Below, in pieces: positions 13,501 to 28,401 of a stretch of 64,000 nt of DNA. The stretch's first letter is position 1. Each line of letters starts with the position of its first letter. The position numbers and the translations under genes are program-made. Origin of the DNA: Piromyces finnis finn (Eukaryota; Fungi; Neocallimastigomycota); the NCBI GenBank assembly GCA_002104945.1, contig MCFH01000016.1:62001-126000 (forward strand). Direction: 5' to 3'. The notes below the pieces were generated by a model. The model saw only the letters and a list, made by a program, of their open reading frames with translations, did no database searches and was not told the origin of the DNA.

Positions 13501-16429
13501 AAGATGAGATGTACGTTCATTTTCATTAGCAGTTCTTTTTCCAGCTGGAACTTTGCTTTCTTCAGACTCTTCATCCATTTCACCTGTTAAAACGGCTTCC
13601 TGATATAATAATTCAAAACAAGAAGCTGCAGCGCATGAAACTTCTGTATCAGAAGAACATAAGCAAACAAGTAATGCAATTTCTAAAACAACAGAACAAC
13701 TATAGCGATCTTGATGGCTTATACCTTGATCGGAGAGATTACGATGAATGGATAAATAGTTATTTTTTTCAGTTAATAAAGCTTTAAGTAACTTTATTCC
13801 AGATTTAGTAATATGTTCAGCGTGTTCATGATCTGGTTTAGTTTCTAAAATTTGTCTTGCAATATTAAGAATAACTAATGAAGATGTCTTCCAAAAAATT
13901 TTCATGATCTCAATCTGATCAGCTGAAGAACGATCATTATGATTTGCTTTGATATATAAAGGAACAACATTAAATGTATTATTTTCTTGGGAATTATTTT
14001 GATTACTTATTGACATATCAATTCGACTACTACCATCCCATTGTTCAATGTTTTCAGGTAAGAATAATTTTTTTAATAATTCAGAAGATAGCTTGCTAAT
14101 AACTGAATTACTATCAAGAGCACAAACAGTTAATCCGTTCATCAAACGACGAACATCTTTACCATTAGTAATAATATCAGGACCACCAGTAAGTGAAATG
14201 TAAGGGCACTTATTCCAAATTTTTAATACGTAAATAATAACTTCTACTTTTTCATTTGCTTCTTCTATTTGAAGACGCTTTTGTTTTTTATCAATATTAC
14301 TACGCTTTCCTGAATCAACCACCAAATTATCTAAGAAAAGAAGTCTTAAAGCAGCTGACAATGTAAGTAATATAGATTCTGTTGATGGATTCCATGGTAA
14401 TTGATAACGTTCACTCGCAATATTATAACAACTCTTTACTAAAACAACTTTAAAATAAAATGGTACGTTTTCCTGCAACATTAAAGGTACAAGAGAACGT
14501 AAAGTATTATTTAAATTAAGTTTAAGAAGAGCTGTTAAACAGTCAATCAAAAGTTGTTGATCAATAATGGAATCAACTTGATTTAAGTTTTGACGATTAA
14601 TATCGAATAAACGTTCCTTCAATTCAATTTCAATATTTGGTACTAATAAACGTAAAGCAGAACCATCAGTTTTACTAACAAAAGCACTTGCCCTACACAT
14701 ATCAACATAAGAAAATGCGGCAACGTCAGAAAGACGAGAATTCTTTAAACTTTTTCTTAAGTTTTCAAGAAAAGCAGCTTTCTTAGCAAGTCCAGCATTG
14801 GAAACAGCATTAACATCCCCAACACCAATACTGAATAAAGATTCCGGACTAATAATTAAAAGCATAGTTTGTAATGGCCAAAAAAGAGATTTTTTCTTAT
14901 TATTATCAGCTAAATTATTAATAACATCAAAAAGTTTCTCAGGGCCAGCATCAATCTTTACTGGTTCTTTCCAAAGATTTCCAAATTCTAATGGATGAAT
15001 AACTATCCAATTCCAAATTGCTCTACGTAATAAGATTGCTGAAACAAATTGAGCTGATTTCTTTAATGACTTAAAGCATATAATAAATTCCTTGAAAAGA
15101 GCAAACAAACGATTACGATTAAGGCAAAGATACTCTAAAAGACGTAATTCAGATAAATCTGTACTATTTGCTTCGTTTACTTGATTAACAGATTGATTTG
15201 GTGCATTTATAGTAATCATATCATTTGAATTAACAGCTAAAAGATCACCAAAAGCCGCAGTATTTGGTTTCATATCAGAATTATTATTAGCTGTAAGATA
15301 AACTAATCTTGATTTAATACGTTGGAAAATCGGAACCCAATTACTTGCTGATAAATAAAATATAATTTTACCAGCATATCTTTGAATTTCTCTGAAAACA
15401 TCCAAATATGGAATACCTTCATAATAATTAGAATTATCTACTTGAAAACTTATAATATTTGATATAATATCTTTCAAATCGTTAATTGGTTTAAAATCTG
15501 GTATACATGATGTAATAGATGCATTATCTAAATTATTCTGAAGATAGAAGATATTATGAGATATATTATCTGTAACAATTTGATTAACCGATGTTTGGAA
15601 GTACCTTATAACAACACCAAGAACATATTTAGCTAAATTTCCATCAAATTCTAATGGAGGTTCTATTTCTTTTGGTGTTGATTGCATTTTATCTGCAGTA
15701 GATGATTTACCACGTGGTGGTCTTACTGGTATAGAAGGATCATTAATTTCATCATTTCTTCTTTTATTTGATTTATCAGCATATAAATTGTTCCAATTAT
15801 AGTATAAACATGCACTTAAAAGCTTTAATATAAACAATTGAGCTTGTAATGCCTCGCCATTATTATATGTTTCATCCAAGATTGGATTACTACTTATACT
15901 ATTAATATTTGTATTGTTTATATTACTTAAGTTTACTATTCTTGAAATATTTCTCTTTTATTCATTTTAAATTCATATTAAATATATTATAAAAATATAT
16001 TATAAAAATGTAATTTTAGTTATAATTTATTTTATTATCATTAAAAAAAACCTTATTCCTTTTACTTTACATTTTAATAGTAATAAAAAAATAATAATTA
16101 AAAAATAATATTTTATATAATGTACCTTTGATAATTCATCTAAATATTGAGTTAAACAGCCTACTACTTCCGGTAATCTATTTATTGATAGCTCTAATAT
16201 AGTGTGAATGTTTTGTATAAATACACCATCTGATTCTAAATTTGTGAATAATCCTGCTGGAAATTGTATCTAATGTATGAATAACGATAAAAAAATATCA
16301 ATAAATCATCTTAAATACATTACGTATCATTATAATAGTATATTTATTATTATATTATTATACCTTATCGCAAACTCTATTAATTAATGAAAAAAATATT
16401 TTTGAATCTGAACCTTGTAGATTTGCCAT
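7543..16429 (-). CDS. NF1: Neurofibromin / Ira-like RasGAP (RasGAP + Sec14-like + PH-like domains)
   Basis: The 2778-aa ORF has GAP motifs NLFRRNSMATRLL and FLRFFCPAIVSP, a Sec14-like KIFYEGGMSKERNTVFYLIARR segment and an NF1-type C-terminus (AFQYNPALQPRAFVAMGCLA). Two short upstream exons: 16429-16364 (MANLQGSDSKIFFSLINRVCDK) and 16269-16126, both GT-AG and phase 0. Confidence 0.93.
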
Positions 16430-18997
16430 TTTAAATACTGTATTATATTATGATTATTATGATTAATGATAATTTTATTATTTTTTTCTATTATATATAC
16501 CTATATATTTAAATAATATTAATATAAAAAACATTAATAAAAGAAATATTTAATATGTTTAAAATCAATATGATGTTGAATCAAACATTCTAAAAAAAAA
16601 AAAAACTTTATAAATATTATATATATTGTAATAAAATTTTATAATTGTTCTTTTGATTTATAAACTTTTAATAAACTAATTCACACATTTTTATTATTTA
16701 ATTTAAAATAATTAAGCTGTATTATTTGTAGACAATTGTTCAGCATAAAATATACATTATATACATTAATTATAAAATATCTTCAAAATTTAAGTTTTTA
16801 TTTACTATTATTGTTAATACTATTGTTTTCATTAATTGTTTATGTTACCAACAATTATAATTATTATTTATTTATATTTATTTCTGTTTGTTTTTTATGT
16901 CTTATTTTTTGATATTTTTATAAAAAAATATATCCTCTTTAATACAATAATTCAATTTTTAGTATATTTAATTTCATATATTTGATTGCTATAAAGAAAA
17001 CATTAAATATATATTACTATTATTAATTATTAAAATAATATTTATTTATTTTATTATAGCATTAATTAATCAATTATAATTATCTATTTTTGTTTTTGTT
17101 TTTGTTTTTTCTATTTATATAATTATATATAAATATTTAATGTAAAAATATTAAATGTATATCCGCATATTATCTGTATATACTTATCTGTATATACAAT
17201 AAAGGAATTTATTATTTTAAGTATTTATATTTTATTGTTAATTATTGTTAATTTTTATGTTATAATTAATGGTGGTGAAATTATAAAATTTGATATATAT
17301 CTTCTAAAAAAAAAATGAATACTTTTATCCTTAAAAACATGTTCGATTCAATTCTCATATTAAATAAAATTAATAAATAATTCTTACATTAACATTATTA
17401 TATTTATCAAAATTATTACAAAAAAATACAAATAAACAAAAACACAAAAGAAAAGAAAAGAAAATAAAATAAATAAAAAAATTTTTTATTATAATAAAAA
17501 ATAAAGTATATATAAAAATAAATATATATAAATAATTTTTGATTATGTAATAGAATAAATTTTATTTCATATTATTTTATAGGATGACCATTCATAATCA
17601 AATCATAAATAATATTAATCCTAATAAAAATTAAAGAATATTAATTATATATAAATAAATCTATAATTATATATATATAAAAATAAGCCTAATGGATATA
17701 AAGGATCAATCATTAATAATAATAATAAATAAATGAATGATCTTCTAGTATATATAAATTTTATATAAAATACAATTGTATTTCATTACCTAAGAATTAT
17801 AATAAATACTTTTTTGTTTATTGTTTATTATTATCTGTTTCTTTCATATATTAAAAATAATTGACTTCTATTTAGTAATCAAACCTTTTTTGATAATAAA
17901 TTATAATATTAATTTATTGGTAATGAATTTTATATAAATGGATAAAAATTATTTAGGTATATTCCATATTATGCAATGTAATATGTATACAAAAATGTAG
18001 TAGTTTATTATTGAATAAACTTTTTAGTAAAAATTTGTATCCAATATATAATAATAAGAAAAGTCTAACCCATAACAGATACTTTTTATTTAATTTATTA
18101 TAAAATACCTCGAAATATATTATTAATATATTATTTTAATTCATTTAATATGTTATTAATATTATATTTGGTCAAGAAACAATACTAGTGGGAGGAAATA
18201 TAAACTATTTGACTTTAAAGACTTATTTTATAAATAGTAGTAATACAAGTAATTCAATAATTTTTTAAATGAATTACTATCAAAAATAAATATATTTATA
18301 ATAATTCTCTTGATATATTTCAGTATAACTAATAATACTTTTAAAAAAAAACAATTTATTGTTAATAAAAGAAAAAAAGAAAAAAAAATCTTTTTTTTTT
18401 AATGTTTTTTTTTAAATTTTACATGTTATTTTGTGTAACAAATAATTATAATTTTATTTTGTTTATCTATATAGATTTTATTTAATTTATGTTTTTTTTT
18501 TTTATATATATATATACATTTTATGTAACTTTTTATATTGATATTGATGAACTTTGGTTTTTAATCAAACTAAACTAGTTTTTATAATAGAAAAATAATT
18601 GGAAATGGAATATTCAAATATTTATTAATGTATGTTTTATAATTAATTCACTATTACTTTTTTTCTATTTTGAACATTACAATAAAAAAGTATTTAACAA
18701 CTATTGACTATAATTTTTTAATTATTCATATAATGAAAAGAGCGAAAAAAAAAAAAAAAGATAAAAAAAAAAAATACTAAATATTTTAATTAATAGTTTT
18801 TATTACTAATAAATAGTTATTAATTTATTTTTTTATCTTCAATTAAAAATACAAATAAATATATATATTATTTATAATGTATGCCTTTATTTTTTTTTTA
18901 AAAAATTCATCAATATTACTTAACCCATAAATATTACAATCATTACTTTAATTTCATTTTATACTGAGATAATCTATAAAAATTAAGATATTCTTGT

Positions 18998-21900
18998 TTA
19001 TGAATCTCTAATAATTGTAAATCTACCCTTAACTATTTCTTTTTTCTTTGATAAACCAACATTATTTGCTGGTAAATCACTGTTAGAATTATTGTTTTCA
19101 AACTTTAAAACTTCATTACTACTATCTATATTAAAATTAGAAGAATTTCCTAAGGTATTATCTTTTAATTCGTACTCTTTATCATTCTTTTCTATATTAT
19201 TAATGCTTTTGAAACTATCCCCTAAATTTTTTTCCTTATTTGATGATGTCAATCTTTTACCATCATTAAAATTGGTTTTTCTTAGAATATTATCACAACT
19301 TGATAATAGCATTGTTTGTAAATGATTCAATTTATCATTAATAAAATGACGTCTTTCGGAATTAATACCATTATTATCTATAGGTGTTTTAGAATTTGGT
19401 AATGTTGTTGAAAAACGTCTAGGTGTACTAGGAGTTGCCAAATTACAACTGTTAGAATCCATAGAAAATAATGATGAATCATCATTACAATAACTATTGC
19501 TTTTCATTTGACTATATGGTTCATTATCATTATTATGTTTTTCGTAGCATTTATTAGATGTTGAAGTTATTACAGATAAATCACCACCACTATTATTATT
19601 ACTGATAACTGAGCCTGTCATAATTTTACGTTCTTCACTTTTTTCAATTTGGAATCGACCCTTTGTTTCTTCGGTTGTAGTTATTATTGAAGAAATAGAA
19701 TTATTATTGTTTTTTACAGTTGATGTACGAGAGTGAGGAACATGTAAACTTTTTGGATGTCTTGACAATAAACAAGCCCCAGTCTGTGGTTGTGTTGGAA
19801 TTACTGTTAAAGAAGGAGAAATGGGAATATTTGATTTATTAGTTGGAGAAAATGGAATTGATGTTGGTGTAGCTGATGGTAACTCATAATATAAAGGATG
19901 ATTAATATCTGATGTTGGAGAAGAGGTAAAATTAGTATTAGAGATGGTATTTATTGAATTCAATAAATTAAGTGGAGGAGGAATTTTATCACTTGAAATA
20001 TTTGGATGCATAGTTATTGATTTTTTCGTAATAATTGGGGTATCTGCCATTTTTTGGGAGATATCATAGGAAGAATTCATATTTAAAGAAGAATTGGATT
20101 TATATTTATTTGGCATATCATAAAGTTTCGAATTTCTTGAATTAGTCATAGATGAATTTCTTAATTTTATAGAGGAAATTGATGTACTATTAGTGGGGAT
20201 ATTTGGTACATCACAACTTGATACATTCCTTGAATTTTTGTATAAAGACACACTATCCGTGTTAGATGATTTCCTTCCAGCGCATTTTTCATTATAACTA
20301 CTATGTTTTGATACTGGGTTACTAAATGATACTGATTGAATTGAATTTATAAAAGTCAAAGAAGTAGTATCATCAACTATATTTGTGGTATTTGTCGAAT
20401 ATGTATTATCAATATTGGCGTTATTAATGCCATTATTTTTATTTTTGCTGTCACTGTTATCATTGTCATTATTATTGAAATTATTAGAATAGGAATTAGT
20501 CATATTGGTTACATTGTAAATAGTCTTATCTACCATTTCATCTCTGGTATAGAATGCTGAGTTTATAGGTGAAGTAATGTTTGAAGTCGTCGATTTAGGA
20601 TTAGAATTTATATTTGTATCAATCAAAAGACTAGAAATGGGTACATTAGTAGTTTTAGTAGTAATAAAAGTATGATTTGAAGGGGTGGTTTTTGTTGTGG
20701 TAATAACGGTTTGATTATTATTAGGTGCCGACATTGTAATAACTGTATGACTTTTAGGTGTATTAATGCCACAGGTTGAAGGTGTAGGAATAGATGAAGT
20801 ATTAATAAAATGAGGTTTTGATGTTGGTTGTGGAGTATCCATTATTGAATTAGGAGTAATTTTCAATTCACCATTAGATATATTATTTGGGAAAATGATA
20901 GTTCGTGAGGTTTCTTGGGAATGTATGTTTGAATGAAGTGGAGATTTAGAAGGGATTTGAGTAGGTGATATTAAACCTGATATATTATCGTTTCCACTAA
21001 TAAGGGTATTGGAGGAAATTGAATAATGACTTCTCTCTTCATCATATTCATTATCCTCTTCAATTGGATCTGAAGACAATGGTGAAAATGGTGATAAAAT
21101 ATGTTCTGTGTCAACTTTAGGAAATGTGAGTTGATTATCCATAAATGTAGATGAATTTTGACGGTTAGAAGTAAATGAAAAAGTACGTAAATTTTTTATG
21201 ATAGGAGAAGTGGTAGAATAAAGAACAGAGTTGCTTTTGACAGATAATCCTGGTTCATTCTTATTATTTTTATCTTTACTATTTTCTTCATTATCTACTT
21301 CATTGCTTTCTTCTTGTATAGAAACAGTTTTATTATATTTACCATCAGTTGCTGTTGAACGAACTTCGAATCTTCTTTTATGATATTGACGATGTTTATT
21401 TCCATCAATATTAGTAGATTGCAAATTAATATAATTATAGCGTTTACTCTTGAAAAAGATAACTTTGCTATTGTTATTAATGTTATTATTAGTTGATGAT
21501 AAAGACTTATTTTCGTCAGTGGCTTTAGCATTTGAATTATAGGTATTCATATTCATTTTTGGAGATGTTGAGCTACTAGGTACACAGGCAGAAATAATTG
21601 GACTTATCTTTTGCTCTTCATGAGATGTATGAGCAGTTCGAAGAGATGAATAATTCATAGGTCTTGTTTGAGTTTCTCCCAAAATAATTTGTTCAATGTC
21701 ATTATTATCAACATCTGAGACAGGCGATTCATCAAGACTATAATTTTCTCGATCAATCTTTATTATAGGATTTGCTTTTTCAAGAATACAACGACACATT
21801 TCTTCAGAGGGACCACCATTAACAATACTTACAGAAGGAATATTGCTACGAACACTATTACTTAATTTAATATTTGAAACTTTAGTGTTATCAATACTGT

Positions 21901-24900
21901 TATCACGAGTTAATGATAAATGATATTCATTGTAAATATTTGGTTCTGTTTTCGAATTTCTGACTCTACTTCCTTGCGAACCAATGGTAGAAGGTCTTTT
22001 TTTGTCTAAAAATTCAGCATTAGTACTATATGAGACTTCAAAAGTACGGCCTTTTGCAGATATCGTAGATTGAGTTTTAATCGTGACTTCCTTTTCTGGA
22101 CGTGTGTTTTCACTTTCATCTTTTAATACTTTGCTACTAAAAATATTAGTAGTACACTTTCGAATATCAGGATTTTTTGAAAATAGATTTGATGAAGACG
22201 ATTTTGGCAGCGTATTATGTAAGGTTGCTAATTCAGTTGGATTAGGCGGTACAAATATAGAAAGATCTATTGGTTGATGAGTATCTGGTAATGGATTACT
22301 AATTCCTTGTTTCTGAAGATTGGCCATCTCTTCTTTTTCATCATCATCGTAAAGAATATTAATTCCAACTAATTTAGCAAATTCTTTTGCAGTTAATCTT
22401 GATGAAATATCAGCATCAGAAATAAGCTCTTCCTCTTCACTATTTCCACTATTATCATCTTTACAGTATTTCGCCATAAATTGAATATTTATTGGTTTCT
22501 TTGAGCGCTTACTAATGCTTCCATTAAGACTTTTATCCAGACGATAACGAGATTCTGATTTTTTAAAGGAAGCATAAATATCACGAGTAGAGTTTCTAAT
22601 TTTGAGACTACTACTTTTACTATTATTTTTACTCTCATTTTTCCTCTCGTTTTTCAGTGAATAGTATTTATTTATCTTATCTGAAAATCTATCACTAGTA
22701 TCACTACGATAAGTTCCAAATAAGTTTCCACTATAGCTAACACTTCCACTGATAGTACTAAAACCACTATTCATAGAGGTGGTGGTGGTGGTAGCTTCAT
22801 GTAATGGTTGTAAATATCTATTATCACGAGGATCATAATAGCTATAACTATTTGTTTTTTCATGTCTTTTATAATTACCTGTTTTTCCCTTTTCATTCAA
22901 ATTATCTGGAACACTAACATTACTTTGTAAATAATTTTTGCTGTTTTGAATATTATTATCATTTTTCAACGGATTACACAAATTATTATTCATGGCGTTA
23001 TTATTGGTACAAAGGTATTTCTTATTTACATTTTCATTACACTTTTCTTCCACTATACAACCAAGAATTTCATCTACTGGATAATAATTATCATTATCAT
23101 TAGACTTATTGATATGGGGTGAATTATTTGATCCGGCTTCATCATACTTATCCACTTCAATTTCTTCTTCTTCCAAATTCATTTGAGAAGTACAATCTTC
23201 AATAGAAGCTGTTTTCAGACTATCTTTATCTTCGGATATATCAGTAATATTAACATTATTTGTAACATCTTTTTTAACGTTTGTTAAATCTACTTCACTA
23301 TCCTCATTTAATTCATTATTGATGTAACAGTCGCTTCTTTTAATATCAATATTAAATATTGAATTTTCACTAAATTCATCTTGTTGTTCATCACTTTGAT
23401 TTATATCTCGATTTTGAATACTTTCGTAGGAAACATTTTCTCCATTTATTAGTTTTTTCATTTCATTGGCACTAAAAGAGTTTTTTGAAATATTAAATTT
23501 TTCATTGTTATGATCCTCAACATCACCATCACTATTATAGTCCTTATAAGGCACTGCTTTCTTATCCGTATTTAGACATTGAGAGTGAATAGAGCCATTT
23601 TCTTCTAATTTCTTATCAAAACATTTAGGTTTATTATTGCTGATAGAATTATCTGTTATGGGAGTATCTTCATTATTGGCATTTAAATTTTGGCAAGATT
23701 CTTTCTGTTCTTCCTCTATTGGACTTTCCCTACTGTAAAATATATCATGATCAAGGCTAGATCTTTCAATAGATATAAGAGATTGACCTTCACTTACCGA
23801 TGGATAACTCATAGAAATATGTTTACGATGACGACCTCTATAACGCTTTTCTGTATTAGATAGCATCTCAAAATCACTAGAAAGACTTTCAGATGATTCA
23901 TCAGATTCATAGCAATAATAATTTCCACATATTCCTTTATAGAATTCTTCACTTGTATCTTTTTCTATATATGATTTATGCTTCATATTTACATTATGAT
24001 GTATAATTTTTTCTTCCATTAGGTTGCTTGGATTTGTTTTGACATTTGAATTAGATAATGAATCATTTTTTTTCTCTAATTTTGAGGTATCCTCCTTCAC
24101 TATATCTGTATCTGTTCCATTATTATTTTCATTTACTGTATTATTATTTGTTTGATTTTCATTATTTTGAAGACATAGGTCAGCTTGATTTATAGTTTTA
24201 TCGCAGCTATTTTCATTATCTATTGATTTTGATGTTTCTTTGTTTGAAATAGCATTAATATTTTTATCTTCTTTATTTTCTTCTTCTTTATCTGGACCAT
24301 CATTATTAATTTCGTCATACTGATATACAGCAGAACTTATAATATTACTCTCTGAACTTTTATTAAACATTTCATCTTTTGATTCTTTTATTAATAATAA
24401 TTTATTTATTTAAATTAAAGAGTAAGTTATATATATTATTATATATTATAAATTTAAAAATATTATTATAATTAATATAATTAAATATATTTAGAGATTA
24501 ATAATTAATATATATATTAAATTTATTGTTTCAAACTATCAAATTAAATTACTATTATTTAAATTTTAATTCTGGAATATATATCAACTACTAATCAATT
24601 ATTATTTATATTACCTTTACTAATTTTCTTTTTTGTGTGAAAGGTTTTTCTGATAGCATCATGAACTTTCGCCCAAGAAAATTTTTTCTTTTTCTTTTTT
24701 ATTTTTAAATTACTTCCAGTATCGTTTCGGTAATATGGACCATCAATTTGCATACTTTCTGATTTTGCCTTTAGTAGCAAATGATTATTTAAACGAGAAG
24801 GAGAATTTATAATATCAGGACTACTTACATCTCCATTAAAATTAAATTTTAAATTAATGTGAGGATCTATCATAACATCATTTTCATCGTTTTCTGTCAT
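18998..24900 (-). CDS. ~1890-aa largely disordered Ser/Asn-rich protein with repeated RFx[VI]-type motifs; two exons (24900-24615, 24384-18998)
   Basis: The 101-aa and 1790-aa ORFs join in frame across a 230-bp GT-AG intron (AAAG|GTAATA ... AAAAG|AATCA, phase 1). Short conserved-looking islands: LTAKEFAKLVGINIL, IDLSIFVPP, KGRTFEV, KRRFEV, KGRFQI, KGRFTI. Confidence 0.75.
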
Positions 24901-27558
24901 TTATGTGTTTTTATTCTTTCCAAAGTGTCAACTTAAAAAAAGTTTCTTAATTATAAAAAAAATATATATATATTATAATATATAATATTATAAATAATTT
25001 GTAATTTTTTAATTACAAATCTTTTCAATTCAACACTAAACAAATTTGCTATTCTATCAATTTAAATATTCGAAACTAGATAATAATTCTCGATTTTTAT
25101 TTATACAATTATATATATATATAAAGAATATTTCCACTTTCAATTGATATATTTAAGTTTTCTTTATTTTTTTTCTTTCTCGCTTTTATTTCCGCTATAA
25201 TAACCCCCAAATTATATTTTAATTTTCACCTTTGAATGTTGAGAATAATTTCGTTAATAACTATCACCACAAATAAAAATATTAATCCAACAATAAAAGT
25301 AAATTCTAATTGTCCAGAATATAATTATTTTTATTTTATTTCTGCAATAATGTAAGAATATATAAGAAAATGTAAATATATTATATTTTTTTCCTTTTCG
25401 TTTTTTTTCCTCTCTTATATATATATATAAAATAGTTAAGCGTTATTTTTTTTTATTTTTTTTTTATTTTTTTTCTTTTTTTGCTAGTATTATAATTATC
25501 AATAATGCTTAAGAATTTATATTATTCAATATTTGTGTATTAATATTAAATTTATTTACTACTCTAATTGCTGCGTTTATTTATTATATTATTTATTTTA
25601 TAATGAACATTGATCTTTACCGAAAAATAAAATTGATTTTATTTTTGCTATTATAGTTGTTCTTATAAAATAATAATAATAGATATATATTAATATATAA
25701 TGAAAAATATTTATTAAGTTATTATAATAAATAAATGTAAAAACATTTCTTTTTTTATTTTTATTATGAAATATTTTTATTGTAATATAATATATATGTA
25801 TAATAACAATTAACAAAATATTTTTATATTAGACAATCTGAATATTAATACTATTGATATTCATATACTTTTTTTTTTTTTCTTTTTATGATTTACTTTA
25901 TTACATTATTTATCAAATATGCTAAATTTGTTTACTTCAATATATTTTTTATTATTAAAAACTTGAAATAAAAAAGGATATAAATAAAATGAAATAAAAG
26001 TTGCATTTTAACTTTATTATTAATTATAATTAAATAGAAGAGTAGATTTAGTAATAAATAAAATTTTCGATGATTATAATTTATTTTAATCTTAACTTTT
26101 TTTTTAATTATTTAAGAAATAATAATATATATGTAGTGTATGATAAAAATAGTCATAATTTTTATATTAAACCATTAATGAAGTAGGACAAATTAATTTG
26201 TAAATATTTTTATAAACTATATCAAGTTTAGTGTCAAAAAAAAAAGAAAAAGAAAAAAAAATAATAATATAGTTTATTGAGACTATTTTTTAACAAATAT
26301 TCTTACTAATAAATTTAAATATCTTTTTTTTTTTTTTAACCAAAATAAATTATTTAGGTGCATGAGTTGAAAAAAAAAAAAAAAAAAGATATTATAAAAA
26401 TTAAGTTTATAGTGATATTTAAAAATTAGATATAATTGATAAAAAAAAAATGTATCAACCATAGAAGTATCTCATAATCTCATATTTGATTTTTGACTAA
26501 AAATAATTTATAATTAAATATATGTTGTATAATTATTTATATTTAATAGATACCAATAATTTTAATTATTATTAAAAAGGAAAAGAAAAAACTATAAATT
26601 TAACCTTAAAATTAAATTTATATAAAACCATTCTGTTAATTGTATAAAGTGATATAACAAATAATATTATTAATTATAATTTTTTATTTTTAATCATTAA
26701 ATGATTAACTGTTTTAAATTTTTAAGTGCATAAGCTTTAATAATTAAATAATAAATTACTACCTATAATTTAGAAAAAAGAATTTGTATATAATATATTT
26801 ATAATGAATATATTTTTTTTAAATATTTTTATTAATATTTAAAAAAAAAAAAAAAAGTATAAAAATGAATTTCATTAGCATTGGAATAATATTCTATTGA
26901 TAAATTAAAAGTTAATAGCTCTTGAAACTAAATGTTACAAACCATTACATTATTTGAAAATTTATCAAACTTTGATATGTTTTTTTTTTCTCGTTTTATA
27001 TGTGGAAATGAAGTAAAATTAACGCTAACAGTTAATGTTTGTGAAATTATATTCAGTATATACTGGTAATAATAGTATAACTTCAATTTATAATTATATT
27101 AAATGAAATATTATTTAACGAAGAATATTATATTCTATTTGATTAATTCAAGATGAATAAGATAAAATTATAAATATACTTATATAATATTTTATTATTG
27201 TTATTATTATTACAAATTAAAAATATATATATACAATTTAGTTCACAAAAATAAATTTAAATATTTATTTACAATTATTATTTGGATAAGTTTCATAATT
27301 ATTTAATGTTTTATTAATATAGGCATACGAAAAAGGCAATATATTAGAAGGTTAATATAACTTTATTAAATCTAAATGATTTAATAAAATAATGAATTAA
27401 TAATAATTAAATACTTTTTTTCATATTTATGAGAATATTTTATATGTGCATTAATAATATATTGTTGTTTTTATTAAAATGTTTTTTTTTTCTTTTATTA
27501 TTGCTAATATGTAAATCTTTAAAAAAAATGGTATATTATAAGCAATATTTTTTATTTA

Positions 27559-28401
27559 TTAAAGTAACAGAGCTGCCATTTCAGAAGAAATTTCAACATT
27601 AATTTCATTAATTTCTTCAATTAAATTATCTATATTTTCTTTTGCTTTTTCCACATCATCACTTAAATCTTTCTGTCCAAAAAGAGTTTCATATGATTTC
27701 ATTTGAAATGCTACTGTCTATGATTTTTACATTAATATAATTTCAATAAAAAAATTATTTAAAATTGTAATTTATGAAATATTATAATTAATCAAAAGTA
27801 ATTTAGATTTATGAAATATTATAATTAATCAAAAATAATTTAATCATACAGATTTTAGTTTCTCTCTTTCTAAAGTTTGTAATTTCTTAATAAGTGATGC
27901 AAGTTCTTCATTTCCTAGATCTTCTTCAATTTTCTTTGCTAAACTATCAATTTCTTCCATAATTTGTTTAAATCCTTCTGTAACCATTTTACAGCTAATT
28001 TGATAATCTTTTGCAGAAAACATTTTTGTAATGTACGCTTCATATGATCTTTTTTTTAAAAAAATAAAATATTTAAATTAAATTTGAATATTAATAACTC
28101 TAATAATTCTTTATATCATTTCAAAATAAAACATGTATTTACTGAAAAAAATAATTATAAAAAGAAAAATAAAAATTTAAGTTTTAAAATAAAATTAATT
28201 ATAACATTTATAAAATATTATACAAAATAAATAGATTGTTTTTTTCTAAAAAAAAATAGTCTAAATATAAAATATGTACTTTTCAAATGATTTATAAATC
28301 ATCACTCTTTGTTCCTGTAACAATTTAACATTTTTCAAAACTTCAATTAATGAATTGCTGTTGTCAATTTCCATATCATCTGTTTTGTTTTGTTGTAACA
28401 T
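27559..28401 (-). CDS. REX1-B (required for excision 1-B) domain protein; 3 exons (28401-28280, 28048-27850, 27717-27559)
   Basis: Manual splicing gives MLQQNKTDD...LLQEQRVMIYKSFEKSYEAY...SCKMVTEGFKQIMEEI...ELASLIKKLQTLEREKLKSTVAFQ...IEEINEINVEISSE. This matches the remembered REX1-B pattern (LQEERV..Y..F, C..IT..F, L..LI..LQ..EK.KL). Introns are GT-AG. Confidence 0.7.

Noticed and set aside
7821-14998. Short overlapping or antisense ORFs within NF1 (and likewise within the large disordered protein, LINE and SH3 genes)
   Set aside because: Shadow ORFs of long coding exons with no recognisable motifs.
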